Of a stretch of DNA of 64,000 nucleotides, positions 63,832 through 64,000 are shown in pieces (positions within the stretch are counted from its first letter, which is position 1; each line of letters starts with the position of its first letter). A program made the translations under genes and the position numbers. The DNA comes from an uncultured Desulfobacteraceae bacterium (lineage in GTDB: Bacteria; Desulfobacterota; DSM-4660; Desulfatiglandales; Desulfatiglandaceae), in contig CAYRFN010000001.1 of the NCBI GenBank assembly GCA_964423495.1, positions 17,902-81,901 on the forward strand, written 5' to 3'. The notes beneath the pieces were generated by a model, which had not been told where the DNA came from, searched no databases, and saw nothing but the letters and a program-made list of their open reading frames with translations.

Positions 63832-63946
63832 GTAAAAAGTCGTCACTCCGGTGAAAACCGGAGTCCAGAAACTCTGAAACCAATTGAAAAAACTGGATTC
63901 CGGCTTTCGCCGGAATGACAAAAAATGGTGTTTTTCGACTTTTTAC
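63832..63946. mobile_element. 115-bp MITE-like palindromic element
   Basis: Perfect 11-bp terminal inverted repeats gtaaaaagtcg (63832-63842) and cgactttttac (63936-63946). Internal hairpins are ctccgg/ccggag (63846-63863) and attccgg/ccggaat (63897-63916). No coding capacity. Confidence 0.7.
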
Positions 63947-64000
63947 GAGTTCATCATATTTAATTGGAGTCTCGAAATGGACAATGTAATATCGAAATCG

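Noticed and set aside
63977-64000. ATG preceded by GGAG (63966-63969) at the very end of the window (MDNVISKS...).
   Set aside because: Only 8 codons are visible. It is plausibly a real gene start, but the window does not contain enough sequence to call it.

Overview
This 64-kb window comes from an AT-rich Gram-negative genome. The Gram-negative call rests on an LptF/G-type permease, a GT9 heptosyltransferase, lipoboxes and sigma-54 machinery. The short hairpin and MITE repeat families resemble those I associate with Desulfobacterota- or Nitrospirota-type genomes, but that is only a guess. Almost the whole window is one very large cell-envelope glycan biosynthesis and modification locus. About 35 co-directional, tightly packed or overlapping plus-strand genes run from ~4.85 kb to a strong bidirectional terminator at ~53.7 kb. 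By my count the locus has ~19 GT-A/GT-B glycosyltransferase domains and four GT-C-like polytopic membrane proteins. It also has three polyprenyl-phosphate-sugar-synthase-type GT2s and two initiating phosphoglycosyl transferases (one WecA/MraY-type fusion, one WbaP-type). Supporting genes include a Wzx flippase, a flippase-like protein, two AsnB amidotransferases, GalE and WecB. There are also methyl- and acetyltransferases, a UbiA-family (DPPR-synthase-like) prenyl-phosphate transferase, and a GlpD-like flavoprotein with an SDR partner. Three secreted glycan-processing enzymes sit inside the operon: a BNR propeller, a GH28-like beta-helix, and an SGNH esterase with a [11 protein letters not shown]-terminal anchor. 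The most unusual part is three tandem paralogous multi-GT2 proteins, one of them carrying three GT2 domains. Two of them also carry an N-terminal 'R-F-D-P' module, a coiled coil and arrays of a 38-aa repeat; one pair of repeat units shares an 87-bp perfect DNA identity. The right-hand end (53.8-64 kb) is a decayed accessory patch. It holds an orphan sigma-54 response regulator with an AMIN lipoprotein, and a 330-bp duplication bracketing a frameshifted VapC module and SxtJ/DUF5989 remnants. It also holds BrnT/BrnA and RelE/ParE-type toxin-antitoxin pairs, a COG1373 AAA+ ATPase, several short hairpin/MITE repeat families and a split 66-bp repeat. I saw no rRNA, tRNA, CRISPR array, transposase or integrase. 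All family assignments come from motif recognition by eye, and no database searches were run.
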